Source: Lingula anatina (Eukaryota; Animalia; Brachiopoda). Taken from it: 64,000 nucleotides of DNA. The notes beneath the pieces are model-generated. The model saw nothing but the letters and a program-made list of their open reading frames with translations. It did no database searches and was not told the origin of the DNA. The translations under genes were made by a program, and so were the position numbers. This document shows, piece by piece, positions 37,518 through 51,702 of this stretch. The stretch lies in NCBI GenBank assembly GCA_051362555.1, contig CM120644.1, positions 4,410,954 through 4,474,953 of the forward strand. The letters are read 5' to 3'. The number at the start of each line of letters is the position of its first letter. Position 1 is the first letter of the stretch.

Positions 37518-39997
37518 ATGGCGAAAACCTGTTGCTGTGGATGTCTGGATTTGAAGAAAGGAGCGATGGGTTGTGGGATGTATGGGATTGTAAGTTATGC
37601 TGTCACGTGCACGTCAAGTGTTACCCTACTTTGTATGGGTTAAAAATTAGGCGTTACTAAAATCACTAATGTAAATGTATACATGTGATAGGTTTAAACC
37701 CATATCGAAGCAATTAGGATCAAGGTACCATATTTCTTTAAATTTCTCTATGCTTTTTCATATTTGCTTAGTTAAAAACGCGCTGTTTACCCACCAAATT
37801 TAATTTTAATATTTTTGTCATTCCATCAACTATATTAATCCATCCTTCTTATGTTGCTTCAGACACTTTACAGAAGACCTAGATCTATTGTAACTGTCCG
37901 CTGTTTATTTATATTGACATCATTATTTTATTATTATCATTTATGAGGGGGTAAAATTATTGCATTATATATTGTATGACCTCACTCCACTATTCTCCCC
38001 CACCAATGTAGTAATTCTAGAATATTCTCCACTTTTTGGTTGATATACATTAACCATCATGCATATTGAACCTCTGATCGATTTTATTGATATAGCAGAA
38101 CAATGCCAGCGTCTTCTCTATAAACTTAATTAAATGCACGTCTTTAAGTACGTTCATCTATCCCCCCCCCACCACCACTATTTGCGAAAGTGACACCTTT
38201 TCGTATCTACCTTTATTTTTGATAGATAGCAGGAATCATATGGACAGGCATATATGCCTACGACGCCAAAACAACGGAGGATGGTAAGAGGTTTGATTCA
38301 TGTATTTCCAACATATCAAGGATATTTAACATGGCAGCATATATGTTTTAGCAGACCTGCATATAGTTGTTTTATAATGCAAGCTGAGCTGATAGAGTAG
38401 AATTGATACTTAAACCATATGGTCTTTACATTAAGGAATGAATGTGCAAAAAAGGGAGATCAAATGATTTTGTATTGTTATTAGCCCCCCCTCTCTCTTT
38501 ATTATTTACTCATTAATTTTCATGTTATTCTTATTTTGTGCTTCATATTCAGAATATTATGTTATACGTATACTCTTAAATCATATTTTGCTTGAAAAGG
38601 GATGAAAAGTACAGGGACAATTAAAGAAATTTGAAAGAATAAAACTATATGACACTGCAAACCATGGTTTGACACATTGCAGCAAGACTTAACAGTAAAA
38701 TAAAGCTATTCCGTTACTTCTAGCTTAATCTTAATATCAAGTATTTAGTTCACTTATAATTCGAAGGAAACGACTCTCCCATTTTGTTAATCATATCTAT
38801 TTATTTATTTATGTTCCAGGAAAAGTCTACACTACATTTCACCTTGGTATTCAGTCATCAGTGTTTGGTTACAAGCAGGTCGTCGCATCTACCGCAATCA
38901 GCGCAATCTGGGTTGTGTTCTCCATTGTGCTTTTGCTAGGTGTTGTTCTGGTAGGGAGCGTAAGGCATCTTCTGTTGGCGGTGATTTGATCTTTTATAAG
39001 AATATCACTGCGTGGCTTTGTTGCTTCTTATATTTATTACAACTATAGCAAATTACCGCGTTGTAGGCTTATTCTCTGGCAGCTTTCACTTGATTACGAT
39101 TCCCCACTATGTGAGCTCTCCTTCCTGCCATCATGGTGACCACCTTACCATGAGACTACAGTACACATGTATTCACATATATGCATATACACGTACCTTG
39201 GTTACATGTATGTATTGACTGTCAGATTCTGGCCTCTTTGGATTTTCTGCAGTATTTCTTTTGTACTTGTCATAGTTCTATTTTTGCAGATTTGTCATGT
39301 CTTAATTTGTATACTTTTTCCAGGGCAGACTTCGGTTCCTTTGGCCCTGGATTGTCTTCATATTCCTACGTTGTCTCTTCTGGGGACTCGTCACTATCTG
39401 GTACATTGTGCGCCTTGCTAATGGTAAGAATTGCGTTCGTGCCTCACCAAAATCAAGAACCAAATGAATCGCTTTGTAAAACAAGCCGTAAGTCCGAGTC
39501 CGTATAAATCGTTGATGTAGAAATATAAACAAATATTGAATACATTTATTTTAAAATACCATTATATCAATCAAACAGTGATCGTGTACGCGACAAACAG
39601 AAGGAGAGAGTAGCGTCCCACACTGTTTTTGTGCTGCAGGTATTGATTCTTAAAAGATATGTTGATTAAAGGAAATTGAGAAAAATAAATTACCATTATA
39701 TCCCTCAAAGCATCAGAGGAAATGAATGCATTGCCTAATGTCACTCACCCTGTGTTTACTGAAACCTAATGAAACAAAACTCACAGCTCACTCGACTAGT
39801 TACTTGTTACATTCATCTTTTAATTACTTGAGTAGTTATAATTGACAGAAAGTGAAAGATTCCGTTTATAGACAAAGGTGAATAAACCATAGGAATAAGA
39901 GGATCTTAACTTGTCTAAAACGAAACGATTGAAGACGTGTTTATTGGTCTATTTTTATTTTTTGTGTATTGTTTGCATGTCATTTAGTTGCAAGTTC

Positions 39998-40038
<41 letters not shown>

Positions 40039-40855
40039 GTATTCAGTGATCATATCGGCTGGTGGCACGATTTGCTGAAGAAAGAATAATTATCTATAAT
40101 AATTGAAATAACAAAAAGAAAATAGCGTCGCTACGTTAGTACATGTGGACGAGACACCTGTGTCATTTGCAATAAGTAGAACATCTGCGTTTCCATTACA
40201 AAACACCTTATTGTCCGTCAGTTCTTTCATCGTTCGTTAACTTTACGCAGATATATTCAATCTCGGGATAAAAGTGTCTTCTTCCCAGTTGCGAAGCATT
40301 CAAAAAACCTTTTTGCACACACTAGATCAAATTGACATATCTTTAAGATAAAGCAGCGTTCGACGGAATCTACCTTTGATAATCAAAGTGATACTGTATG
40401 GACAGGGATTTTTTACGGCACGAGGTAATGTATTATCTATTCATCTTCCAGTCGTTGCTACCACTGATATCTTGAATGTGTATGCCACGATATTCTTGGC
40501 CGAGACATTTCTCCTACCACTTTGCATCGACGTAAGTACCTATTGATATTTCCTTTGTGTAACACTTTATACAGCGATTTGTTTTACTCCTTAATAACAC
40601 CCAAGTTCAAAACAAATATATTGTCGGAAATTAATGGAGAAGATGTGTTAGTATGCAAATAGTTTGATTAACTTGTGACTTTAGAGGCAGTTGATATTAT
40701 ACTGCACTGCTGCAAAATTCATGACGTAAGGATTAACGTTAAGTACTGCTGTCAAGCGGATATGAATCAGTGCTCTTAAATATATTATAAGCTAATGATG
40801 CATGGCAATAAAAAGATTGTTTTGTACGTCATACGATGGATTTGTCAGTATCATT

Positions 40856-40896
<41 letters not shown>

Positions 40897-41389
40897 TGTG
40901 TGTGTGTGTGTGTGTAGGGGGGGGTGCTGGACGGGGAGGGGGTGGTTGCAGAAAGAGAATAGACAGAGGTACGGGCAGAAAAAAAGTCGAACATGCTATT
41001 CAAACATTATAAAGGGTAATGAGGCAGTGACATACGAAGGTTGTATTAAAAAAGATGTATGAGAAGTTTAAGACTCGCGCGCACGCGCGCATGTACATTT
41101 TTTGTGCACGCACGTTTGTGCTCGTGTGTGAAGGTAGAAAATGAATTTTCAATTTTATTTACGTTCTTAACAAAAGTTGATAATTTCATTTCGTCAATTC
41201 CTAAAAAATGCATTTCACATAGCTGCATAATACTTACAGTTTTTAACCAAAATCTAAGAATCAACTCTTCTTTTAAATTAAAATAACTTTCTGTCGCAGG
41301 TCTACACCCTGGCCTGTGTTAGTGCCTACCACAGAGAAGTCATGTACACAGAAAAGTCGCTGACTGAATCTGACTACGAAGACCTTTAA
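37518..41389 (+). CDS. Small four-TM protein, DUF4728 / LAPTM-like (6 exons, 176 aa)
   Basis: Exons 37518-37589, 38226-38283, 38820-38950, 39324-39423, 40452-40531, 41300-41389 (531 nt, all GT-AG and phase-consistent). Product: MAKTCCCGCLDLKKGAMGCGMYGIIAGIIW...SIVLLLGVVLGRLRFLWPWIVF...CIDVYTLACVSAYHREV...DYEDL*. CCxC-L-x2-G, LLLGV...LxPW and Y-x3-CVxAY are typical of the family. The ORF track shows only its first exon in frame. Confidence 0.85.
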
Positions 41390-42202
41390 CGCGACAACTG
41401 GTGAAAACCCTTCCTCTGCAGTAAATTTTATGCACCCGAAAAAAAAGAACCAATTACTGACTGTTCTTCTTCTTACTTTTTTTGTCAAATATCATATTAT
41501 TTTTTCAAATTACTTTCCCCTTTAAATGTTTTATGTTAACCCAACAATGTACGCTTAAACCATACTGTAGCATTTATTTGCCTATGCAGATGAGTTTCCA
41601 GTACGTTATATAGTATTAACAGCTGTTTAAACCGCAAAGTCCGATGAAAGTTTATATTGGCCAGAGAAAGTCTCCAATACCATATACGCTTCCAACAGCT
41701 GGTTCAACAGTGTCTACAGCTTTAAATGTATATTAACATGTTAAGTTCCCTTGTCATAATGAATAAATGTCCACTGTTAATCATTGGAAATCAATTGGCA
41801 CCTCTGTCTCTTGTTGTATCGGTTCCTTTACGATATAAAGTAAAATGTAACTGCTCAACTTTGTTTCTATTTGAATACAAACATAACCGCCGACTTTCTG
41901 TTAGTTTTTGTTAAGCAGTTTACAAGTCAGCAACGAGATTGCGTACTCTTAAGTTAACATTCCCCTCGGGGGTATAACATTTTAATCATTCACATGGGGC
42001 CTTGCGCCTTCACGTTTCGCAACATCCGCCATGCCTACTGTTCCGCTGTCGATGTGACCATTTCACATTGAAATTTCTCCGATTTTTTCTTTTACTTTCT
42101 CTTTCCTTCTTTTTTTATTTCATTTATTTATTTATTGTCTTGCTTTTGAATATACCATTGTTGTCGTTCGCTTACAGTGACGTAAAATATCAATTTGCCA
42201 TT

Positions 42203-43170
42203 TTAAAAAGTAAGTGTGACGTCATACCGGATCGCTTTTCCTTCCGAATAAACATAGAGTTTTCCATCGCGTGGGTTATAATCCACCATGGTAAATGAGT
42301 CCCACGTGGTATCAGCGCTAAGACTTCCAGACGCCAGAGGTAAGTCTGTCGAAGTCAGCGTTTTTCCAGACCCGCGAAATAAATCGTAAACGTAACTGAC
42401 GTAATTTGTAGGACTGGAGTTGATGGCAAATAAAACACCGTCGATGATAAACGTCTCCGCCGTGTTGGTCTTAGCGTGATCAGAAATCACCCTGGTGTCC
42501 GAGATGTCCAGTGTTTCGGGATCCAAACGGCTGACCACAATGTTGTTACTCGTATTAGCATAAACCACCCAAAGCCCATGTTCATCTGCAGCGACATCTA
42601 TATCTGTGTGGCTCGCGCACGTGTACGGGTAGACGTCATGGACACCAGCATCGCTTGGCAAGTCACCGGTGGTCAAAGCTTGGCCATCGGTCAAGCGATA
42701 CTTCATGATGTTCAAGTTGTTATGTTGCCCACAGTAAAGATAACCGTCTCGTATAACGTGGGTCGTCCCGTCGCACTCCACGTCGATTTCCCTCGGAAGA
42801 TTCGTGTATGGGAAGTTTGCTGAGGTGTATTCTATCACTTTGCCCGGATTGTGAGACTTTTCCGTAATGTACACCATCCCGTTGTCCAGGGCAGTGTCTG
42901 TCATCCAGGAGCCTTCGTCCTTTCCTAGAGACGGATGCACGACGTCCTTGTTGGTGATTGATATCGCAACCGGGAAACCTCGTTCTGAAAATTAAATATA
43001 AACTTTGTGCGGCACGACTTCTAATGTGATTTGTAAGTAAAAGAAAAACGGATTATCAACGCTTCGGATATCTTCTGTTCAAATCAGAACTGAATTTGTC
43101 GGATAAAGTCATTTCCTTCAAAATATCAATATAAAATAATTTAGATAATTCCCTTTTCATTCATTCAAAA

Positions 43171-43231
<61 letters not shown>

Positions 43232-46200
43232 TGCTAATTATGTTTAAATAATTTATGTTTGGTACCTTCACAACTTGGCGCCGGTTCCCACACATCGTTA
43301 ATCATACAACTGATAGGGTTAGTTCCATTTATCCTGTACCCAGGCTCACACGTATACGTAACCGTGTCGGTGCTTGTGTCACGTGACGAGGTGGCTTTGT
43401 CCACCACCGGACTATTGCCACACCTGGAGTTCTGCGAGACTGGAACGAGATTATCGTAAGAGAGCGAGATACATAATTTTGTCATTGTACGAGACATTTA
43501 AAATCCCATGATATATTATACGTAATAAATATCGGTACATTTGAAGAAATGTCATACGAAAATAAAAATTAGCGACACTGTACATCTATTGGTGATTTAT
43601 TTGTCTTGTATATGTCCATGGAATATATTAAAGAGGAGAATAAAAATTTTAATTTAAAATAACTTTCTTACTTAAGCAGGTGGGCGGCGTTTCCCATGTC
43701 CCGTCAGTCTGACAGTAGATGGTGTCGCTACCTTCTACGTCGAATCCATTACTGCACTTGTACGTGACGGACGTCACGTAAGTAGAGTCCGTCACGTTTG
43801 TTGATGCGTTTGTCACATTAGGAACAGCGCCACATTCCGCTTCATATATATATATACATGCTTCAGGTATAATTATAATGATTTATTTTGCTCTAGTATT
43901 GTTGTTAGAATTATTATTACTATTATTATTAGTAATGAAGACATAAGACTTAAGATGACATGATATTGGTGAAAGTAAGCATTTACAATGACAATCTTTA
44001 TTTTAAGAGTTACAACTCTTCTGTACTGTCTTTGTTGTATCTGCTGTATCTTCACAAAAACACTTTAACTACGTTTTTTATACCAATGAAGATTATACTT
44101 ATTGAATAGCATCTGGTATCGGTTCCACGAAATAAGAGATCCAGGTCATTTATTGATCATTTTTCTAATAGTTTAGGGGGAAGATGTTTTCATCAGTTTT
44201 GCACTACATCTACAGTACTTTGTATACGTATTATGACTCTTAGTGATTCATATAAACACTCCGCAAAAAGATTAAGTGACAGTTATTAAGTACCAATATA
44301 GCAATATCAAGAAATGTGGCATTAGGAAGAGCACACATAAAAACACATAATGCAGATGTAACATTTTTGTTTATCTGTAAACATACTGAACTTGTAAGAA
44401 TTAGAGCTCTCATTAACCCATCATAAAAATCAAACAATTATGCTTTAGCTGTTGTCCTTTCCGAAGGCTAACAATCGCTCTATAAAATCGTGTGCATCGA
44501 TGACAAAATGGTATTTTGGTTGTGCCTTTTTATTGCCAACTGTTAAACAAATAATTTAAAGTCATTTCCAACTTTTTATGCTTATTTCAGATCGTTTGTA
44601 AAAAGATATTTATTCGAATACTTACGTTTCACAAAAATGGCGCCTCCATCCTCAACCTAGAATAATAATAATAACAATAATTAATTAAAAATTGGTGGTT
44701 TTCTCTGACTTGGCAAATACACCCAAGAAATCACGTAGAAACAGGATGCTTTTTTATTTTTTGCTTTCTTTTTTCGCCTGTTTAAAACAGGGAGTTAGTG
44801 ACCCCCTGTACATCATACACACACACAAACACACATACTTGTCTATGTGTACCAACCGAGGACATCAGCACAACACCATACAACCGAGGACATCTTATTC
44901 CTTGGTTAAATCAAAATAAAAACATTCAATTTAGGGTAAAATCTATTCGGGTATGAATGTTATAAATTAATTTTTTATAAAAACTAATTTTTTGCTGACA
45001 AGAATTTTACATTCTAACCGAGGACACACACGGACACACACACGGACAGACACTACACATTACAACCGAGGACATGCATGCATCTACATGTAATAATGAT
45101 TGTACTTTTAATGCAAAGCAAATTTTATATAGCGTTACTTTGCAGCAATTCACATTTTTATGAAATTCTTTCATATTTAAGATAAATTCCAAAATAACAC
45201 CAGAGGTGATGATTAAATGAACAGTTATACAATATTTAATGCTGGGCTTTGCCACTTTTTTAGAATTGAAGATTATGAGATAAAACATCAATTAATTTAG
45301 GAAAAGAAAGGATACTGATGAAATAAAATAAAAGACCAAAGAAATTCGTTTTCAAACATTTTATTTTCATAATGCTTATTTTCTATTTAGCACTCTTTTA
45401 TTATCATGAATTTTGTATTTTGATAACACAAAGTGTCGTCCATTGGATACAGACTTGAACAGTACACAATTTTACAATTGAGGACATCATGCCAGCAGCA
45501 CCCAAAATTGTGCTTTCTTCCAATTTGATGCAATATTATATAATGCGTAACAGCATAATGATCATCAATTTTTTATAATAAAATATTAGTATCATGAATA
45601 TTCAGAAAATGTGACTAGCAAAGGTTTTCAGGTTCATGGAACTCCAAAGTCATACTTTGAAAATGCTAAATGTATACAAGAGAGCACTGTACTGAAATGG
45701 GTTTCTTTCCATTTTTAACTTTTTTTACATAAAATAATACAGTTTACTGCCATTTCACATGATCAACTAAGAAAATTGTTGAGATGGCAAAAATATCAAT
45801 ATAACAAGTTTAAATGTCCAATTTCCTCCATTCCGAACATTGTGAATGATTGAATCTGACAAACTACAATGATACGAGTTCATTTCCATTTTGGCACTTT
45901 TTTTACACAATACAAGATAACAGGTTTACCACCATTTTTATATAATCAACTAGCAATATTGTCAAGACGCAGAAATTGTCAAACAACCCATTTTACATAT
46001 CTAGTAAATTCAATAATGAGACTGTTTACATGCCTGACAATCAAATCTGAGGAAAACCACTTATATACAAATAAAAGCTGAAGTCCCTCAAAACTCAACC
46101 AATCAATCTTATTTTTAAATTTGATTTGTATATAGATAACATTGATCACTCTTGTGAGTTTAATGACAACAGGCCTATCCGTTCTCCCTGAAATGTGCTT

Positions 46201-48582
46201 ACAGTGTTACTAATATGCTTTTACTAATAATCATCAGTTCTGTGAGTTTCATGAAAACATGCTTTAAGTTATTGGTTCTCCCTGAAATGTGCTTACAGTG
46301 TTACATATATGCTGAAAAAAAAAAAAAAAAAAAAAAAAACAGCATAATATTTGAAAGAAAAGGGCCTGGTCTTGCTGATTTTCAATCTTGACCATTCTTT
46401 TACTAATAATCATCAGTTCTGTGAGTTTCATGAAAACAGGCTTATTGGTTCTCCTTGAAATATGTTAACAGTGTTGCATGTACACTGAAAAAAGGAGAAA
46501 AAATGCAAAACTTTTGAAAATAATCACCCCATTTCCTCCATTTGGAGACACTGTATTACACAGTACATGATAACATGTTTACCGTCATATTTATATAATC
46601 AACTAGCAATGTTGTAAAGATGCAGACAATTTCAGAGAAACACTAACATATTTACATATCTAGTTAATTCAATAACGAAACTGTCAACATGCCTGACAAT
46701 CAAATCTGAGGAAAACCACTTATATACAAATAAAAGCTGAAGTCCCTCAGAACTCAACCAATCTATCTTATTTTTAAATTTGATTTGTATATAGATAACA
46801 TTGATCACTCTTGTGAGTTTAATGACAACAGGCCTATCGGTTCTCCCTGAAATGTGCTTACAGTGTTACTTATATGCTGAAAAAAACAGCATAAAATTTG
46901 AAAGAAAAGGGCCTGGTCATGCTGATTTTCAATCTTGACCATTCTTTTACTCATAATAATCAGTTCTGTGAGTTTCATGAAAACAGGCTTTAAGTTATTG
47001 GTTCTTCCTGAAATGTGCTTACAGTGTTACTTATATGCTTAAAAAAGAACAGCATAACATTTGAAAGAAAAGGGCCTGGTCATGCTGATTTTCAATGTTG
47101 ACCATTCTTTTACTAATAATCATCAGTTCTGTGAGTTTCATGAAAACAGGCTTATTGGTTCTCCTTGAAATGTGCTTACAGTGTTACATATATGCTGAAA
47201 AAAAAACAGCATAACATTTGAAAGAAAAGGGCCTGGTCATGCTGATTTTCAATCTTGGTCATTCTTTTTAATTTACTAATAATCATCAGTTCTCTGAGTT
47301 TCATGAAAACAGGCCTATTGGTTCTCCTTGAAGTGTGTTTACAGTGTTGCATGTACACTGAAAAAAGGAGAAAAAAAATGCAAAACTTTTGAAAATAATC
47401 ACCCCATTTCCTCCATTTTGAGACACTGTATTACACAGTACATGATAACATGTTTACCGTCATATTTATTTAATCAACTAGCAATGTTGTAAAGATGCAG
47501 AAAATTTCAGACAAACACTAACATATTTACATATCTAGTTAGTTCAATAACGAAACTGTCAACATGCCTGACAATCAAATCTGAGGAAAACCACTTATAT
47601 ACAAATAAAAGCTGAAGTCCCTCAAAACTCAACCAATCAATCTTATTTTTAAACTTGATTTGTATATAGATAACATTGATTACTCCTGTGAGTTTCATGA
47701 AAACAGGCTTATTGGTTCTCCCTGAAATGTGCTTACAGTGTTACTTATATGCTGAAAAAAAAAAACAGCATAACATTTGAAAGAAAAGGGCCTGGTCATG
47801 CTGATTTTCAATCTTGACCTCTCTTTTACTTATAATCATCAGTTCTGTGAGTTTTATGAAAAGCCTACTCTGAAGTATCGAATAAAAGTACTGATGGAAT
47901 AAAAGTACTGGGTGGAAAAAATCTCAAAATTTAATAAAAGTACTGATGGAATAAAAGTACTGGATGGAAAAAATCTCGAAATTTAATAAAAGTACTGGGT
48001 GGAAAAAACCTTTACACCGCTCCCCCCCCCCCCCCCCCCAAAAAAAAAAAATGAAATAAATAAATAAAAGTAAAGAAGAAGAAGAGAAAGAAACAAGGCA
48101 GCAAAGCTGTCAAATGTACAGACAAAAACCAGAAAATAAAAACGCAGGAAATAGGATACTGTCAATTCTGATGAACTAATGTATTATGCTAACTGTAAAT
48201 GCATAGCCAAAATCAAATTCTTATTCTGCATAACATTGGATTAGGATGAAAGTAAAATGTGTATCAAGCATTAGACTAAGTTCCCATACCTAGATCAATC
48301 TAACAGGATCAATCCAACTCCAAGGGGTTTCTCACTAAATTGCTTTCAGTTTGAGAGTCTTAGGATTCTGGCATGCCAGTTTCAGTAGGCGTGACAGACA
48401 ACTAAGCCACTTACATTGATTGCAATTTAGCGAGAATTCCCATGGAGATAGATCGATCCACAGTTAGCGTGATAGGGTCTGGAAATAGTCCCTAAGGTGT
48501 CAGGCTGATAAGAGTTAAACTTTGGAAATGCCAGAATGAGGTACAGTGAAAATTAAACACAAAAAAAAATTGCTTAAACTCA

Positions 48583-48652
<70 letters not shown>

Positions 48653-51600
48653 TTATTATTATTATTATTTTTTTTTTTTTGCTGTATGTCAATCCTAAGA
48701 ATCATTCTTGTAACTTAACAAAATACAGAAAATGTTACAAAGTAAGAGTACAGGGCTCCTGGCAGATGGGAGTGATAAGTCACGACTTGAAAATGCCAGT
48801 ATAGCACTCTATAAACCTGCATTGCCTCCAAAACAGAAAACAATCACACTGGTTTTCAAACACAAGCTGCACTTCTGTCTTATGAAACTTTTCAGTAAGT
48901 TTCAGTATCGTAAGTAACATGGTTTTCCCTTAACCGCTATCCTGGCAGCAGTGTCCAAAATAGGGTTTTCTTCAACTTTCATGCAATAAACCATAATACT
49001 TAACAGCATAATGACCATCAAATTTTTTATAAAAAAATAAAAGTATCATGAATATTCAGAAAATGTGATTTGGGAAGGTCTTCAAGGCCATGGAAGTTCA
49101 GAGTCACACTTTCAAAATGCCAAAATGTAAACAAGAGATAACTGTACTGAAATGATTTTCTTTCCATTTTCAACACCTTTTTTAAAACAAAATGATCAAT
49201 AAACTGTCATTTTTAAATGTTCAACTAGGAAAATTGTTGACATAGGAAAACTATCAATAGAACAATTTTCAATGTCCAATTTGCTCCATTTGCAGATGCT
49301 GAACATAGTGAATGATTAAATCTGACAAACTGCAATGATGAGTTCCTTTCCATTTATGATACTTTATTACACAATGCACAAAATTATAACAGGTTTACCG
49401 TCATTTTTATATAATCAACAATATTGTTAAGAAGCAGAAAATGTCAAAACAACACTTTTACATATCTTATTAGTTCCATAATGAGACTGTTAACATGTCT
49501 AAGAATTAAATCTGAAGAAATAACAATTATATACATAAATACAGAAAATGCACAGCACTTCTGGTGGATGGGAGTAAAAAATCACATCTTGAAGATGCTA
49601 GTGTTTGAAAAATAATTTTAAAAAAATTAAAAAAAAAAAAACGTAAAAAATTCCAATAAAGCTGCTATTCAAACTTTTAATCTAGCTGTATTAACTTGAT
49701 ATTAATAACCCCACCAAGTTTGAGAAAAATAAAGCACTGTTATTCATCTATAGCATGATGGCATAACACATTCTTTTTGTTGTAAATTTATTTGCAATGT
49801 TTAACACCATTTATCTGCACAATTATCACCAAATCCTAATTTTGTGACACAGTTAAGAGAGCTAAACCTATGGGACTTTACAGGGAAATCTCAAGGAGTG
49901 TTTTATGTAATCTCATTTAATGGCCAATTGAAAATTAATGAGTAGGCAAGTGACTTTACAGACCTTAATTTAATTAGTGATCACCCAAGGGACAATTTTA
50001 TAGACTGCCATCCATACAGTACCATCATATAGCACAAAGGTGTTGCATACATGCTGAAAAAAGTGAAAAACAGCATTACTTCCCTAAAAATGACCCAATC
50101 ACGCTGATTTTCAAACTTGACCTGCGTATTATGAATATTCATCAGTTCTGTACGTTTGAAACCAAAAGGTAAAATGGTTTTCCACTTATCGTGTTATCGG
50201 TGCTGCATATATGCTGAAAAAAGTGAAAAAACAGCATAAATTCCCTATAAGTGACCCGATCATGCTGATTTTCGAACTTGACCTGCGTATTACTAACATT
50301 CATCAGTTCTGTAAGTTTCAAGCCAAAAGAAAAAACAGTTTTCCACTTATCGTGTTATCGGTAAAAGTGCACGGCGACGACGGCGACAGCGACGGCGACG
50401 ACAGACGCAGATGACGGCTATATGTACAGACACATCTGTGTCTGTACATAAAAAGCTAGCTATTGATCATTGTAAAAAAAAAAAAAAATTCACCAGGTAA
50501 AATTCACTCAGTATTAAAATTTATCTTAAAAACGGGATGAGTTAAATTTCATAATTGTCAGGGGCCGAAGACCCAGATATATCGCACTTAAGCCGCCTCC
50601 GAGAGCCATACGGTTCATACTAGTAAATTTATTCTCAGATATAAGGTTCGTTTTGCATACCTGTAAACTCCTAAGGGTTTATCTTACATAGAAATGTGAT
50701 TTAACATCGTTTAAATCATAAATCGGCATGAAATAATTGACGTTTGAAAACAGACACAACTTCTTTGCTGCACTTGAAATGACCTCCTTAGCTATAAATA
50801 TGATCCTATCACCTTGCGACATTGCATCATTCGATCGATATACATGAGTAGTTGTCACTGCTGAAGGGAAAGCACGTCTATTTATAGAAACTGAAATCAG
50901 GTGACGCATGTACATTGTACTGTTGTGTTCAGAGAGCGACTTCCGCTTGACCTACTTTCCAGTGCTGTTTGTGGAACAGTCGGTAATGAGTTGAGATTTC
51001 GATTTTCTTCTCATTATACTTCAATTTAAGAAAATAAAAAGCGTGACTTGTACTTGTGTAATTTCCCACCGGTACAATAGGTATTTAATAAACATACCGG
51101 GTGGAAGATTTTTGAAAAATTAATAAGCGTAGGCTACTGGGTGAAAATGGAGCGTACCGGCGGGAAGAAATTTGGAAAATTAATTAACGTACCGGTACGT
51201 TTATTTGATACTTCAGAGTAGGAGAGCTTAATTTGATAAAAAAAGACCTTTAGTTTAAAAATATGAACTTACTGAATATATAGACATCTGAGATATAACA
51301 TTAGTTTCAGTTTAGTCTGCCCTTTACAGCACAACCGAGGACGCGGAATTTGGTCCGCCCTTTACAGCACAACCGAGGACGCGTGTGTATAGCCCGATTT
51401 CAGACAAAAAGTTGGACAGTATTTCTGATACACTCGTGGCGGGAATTTGGCCCGCGCTATACAGCATAACCGAGGACTGGCTCAGAATAGCGTCAAATTT
51501 CACCACCTAACTTGAAATGGGCCCCTTTATGCATTCCACTGCTTATGTCAACCGAGGACGTCCTCGGTTGGAGGTGTGTCCTCGGTTAGTGGGTTTCGGG

Positions 51601-51653
51601 CGGGTGTGTGTCCTCGGTTAGAATGCGTGCACAAGAGCACACAGAGTGTGTGC

Positions 51654-51702
<49 letters not shown>

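Larger units (their letters stand above)
47868..51218. mobile_element. Tc1/mariner-like non-autonomous element with TA target duplication (inner layer)
   Basis: TA|CTCTGAAGTATCGAATAAA at 47866-47886 versus TTTATTTGATACTTCAGAG|TA at 51200-51220 (one mismatch). Related subterminal repeats (aataaaagtactgggtggaaaa / aataaacataccgggtggaag) at both ends. No intact transposase ORF. Confidence 0.7.
45010..51625. mobile_element. Large non-autonomous TIR element (outer layer of a nested insertion)
   Basis: Perfect 22-bp inverted repeat CATTCTAACCGAGGACACACAC at 45010-45031 and 51604-51625. Subterminal AACCGAGGAC copies near 44855, 44883, 45064, 51332, 51371, 51468, 51550, and inverted near 51560 and 51578. 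No target-site duplication is evident and two motif copies lie outside the left repeat, so the left boundary is uncertain. Confidence 0.6.

Noticed and set aside
48270-50915. Possible transposase remnants inside the TA-flanked element
   Set aside because: Only short, stop-interrupted frames with no recognisable DDE/DDD or HTH motif.
44850-51625. Short AACCGAGGAC repeats with variable spacing, superficially CRISPR-like
   Set aside because: The repeats are too short, irregularly spaced and in both orientations, in a eukaryotic intron with no cas genes. They fit transposon subterminal repeats.
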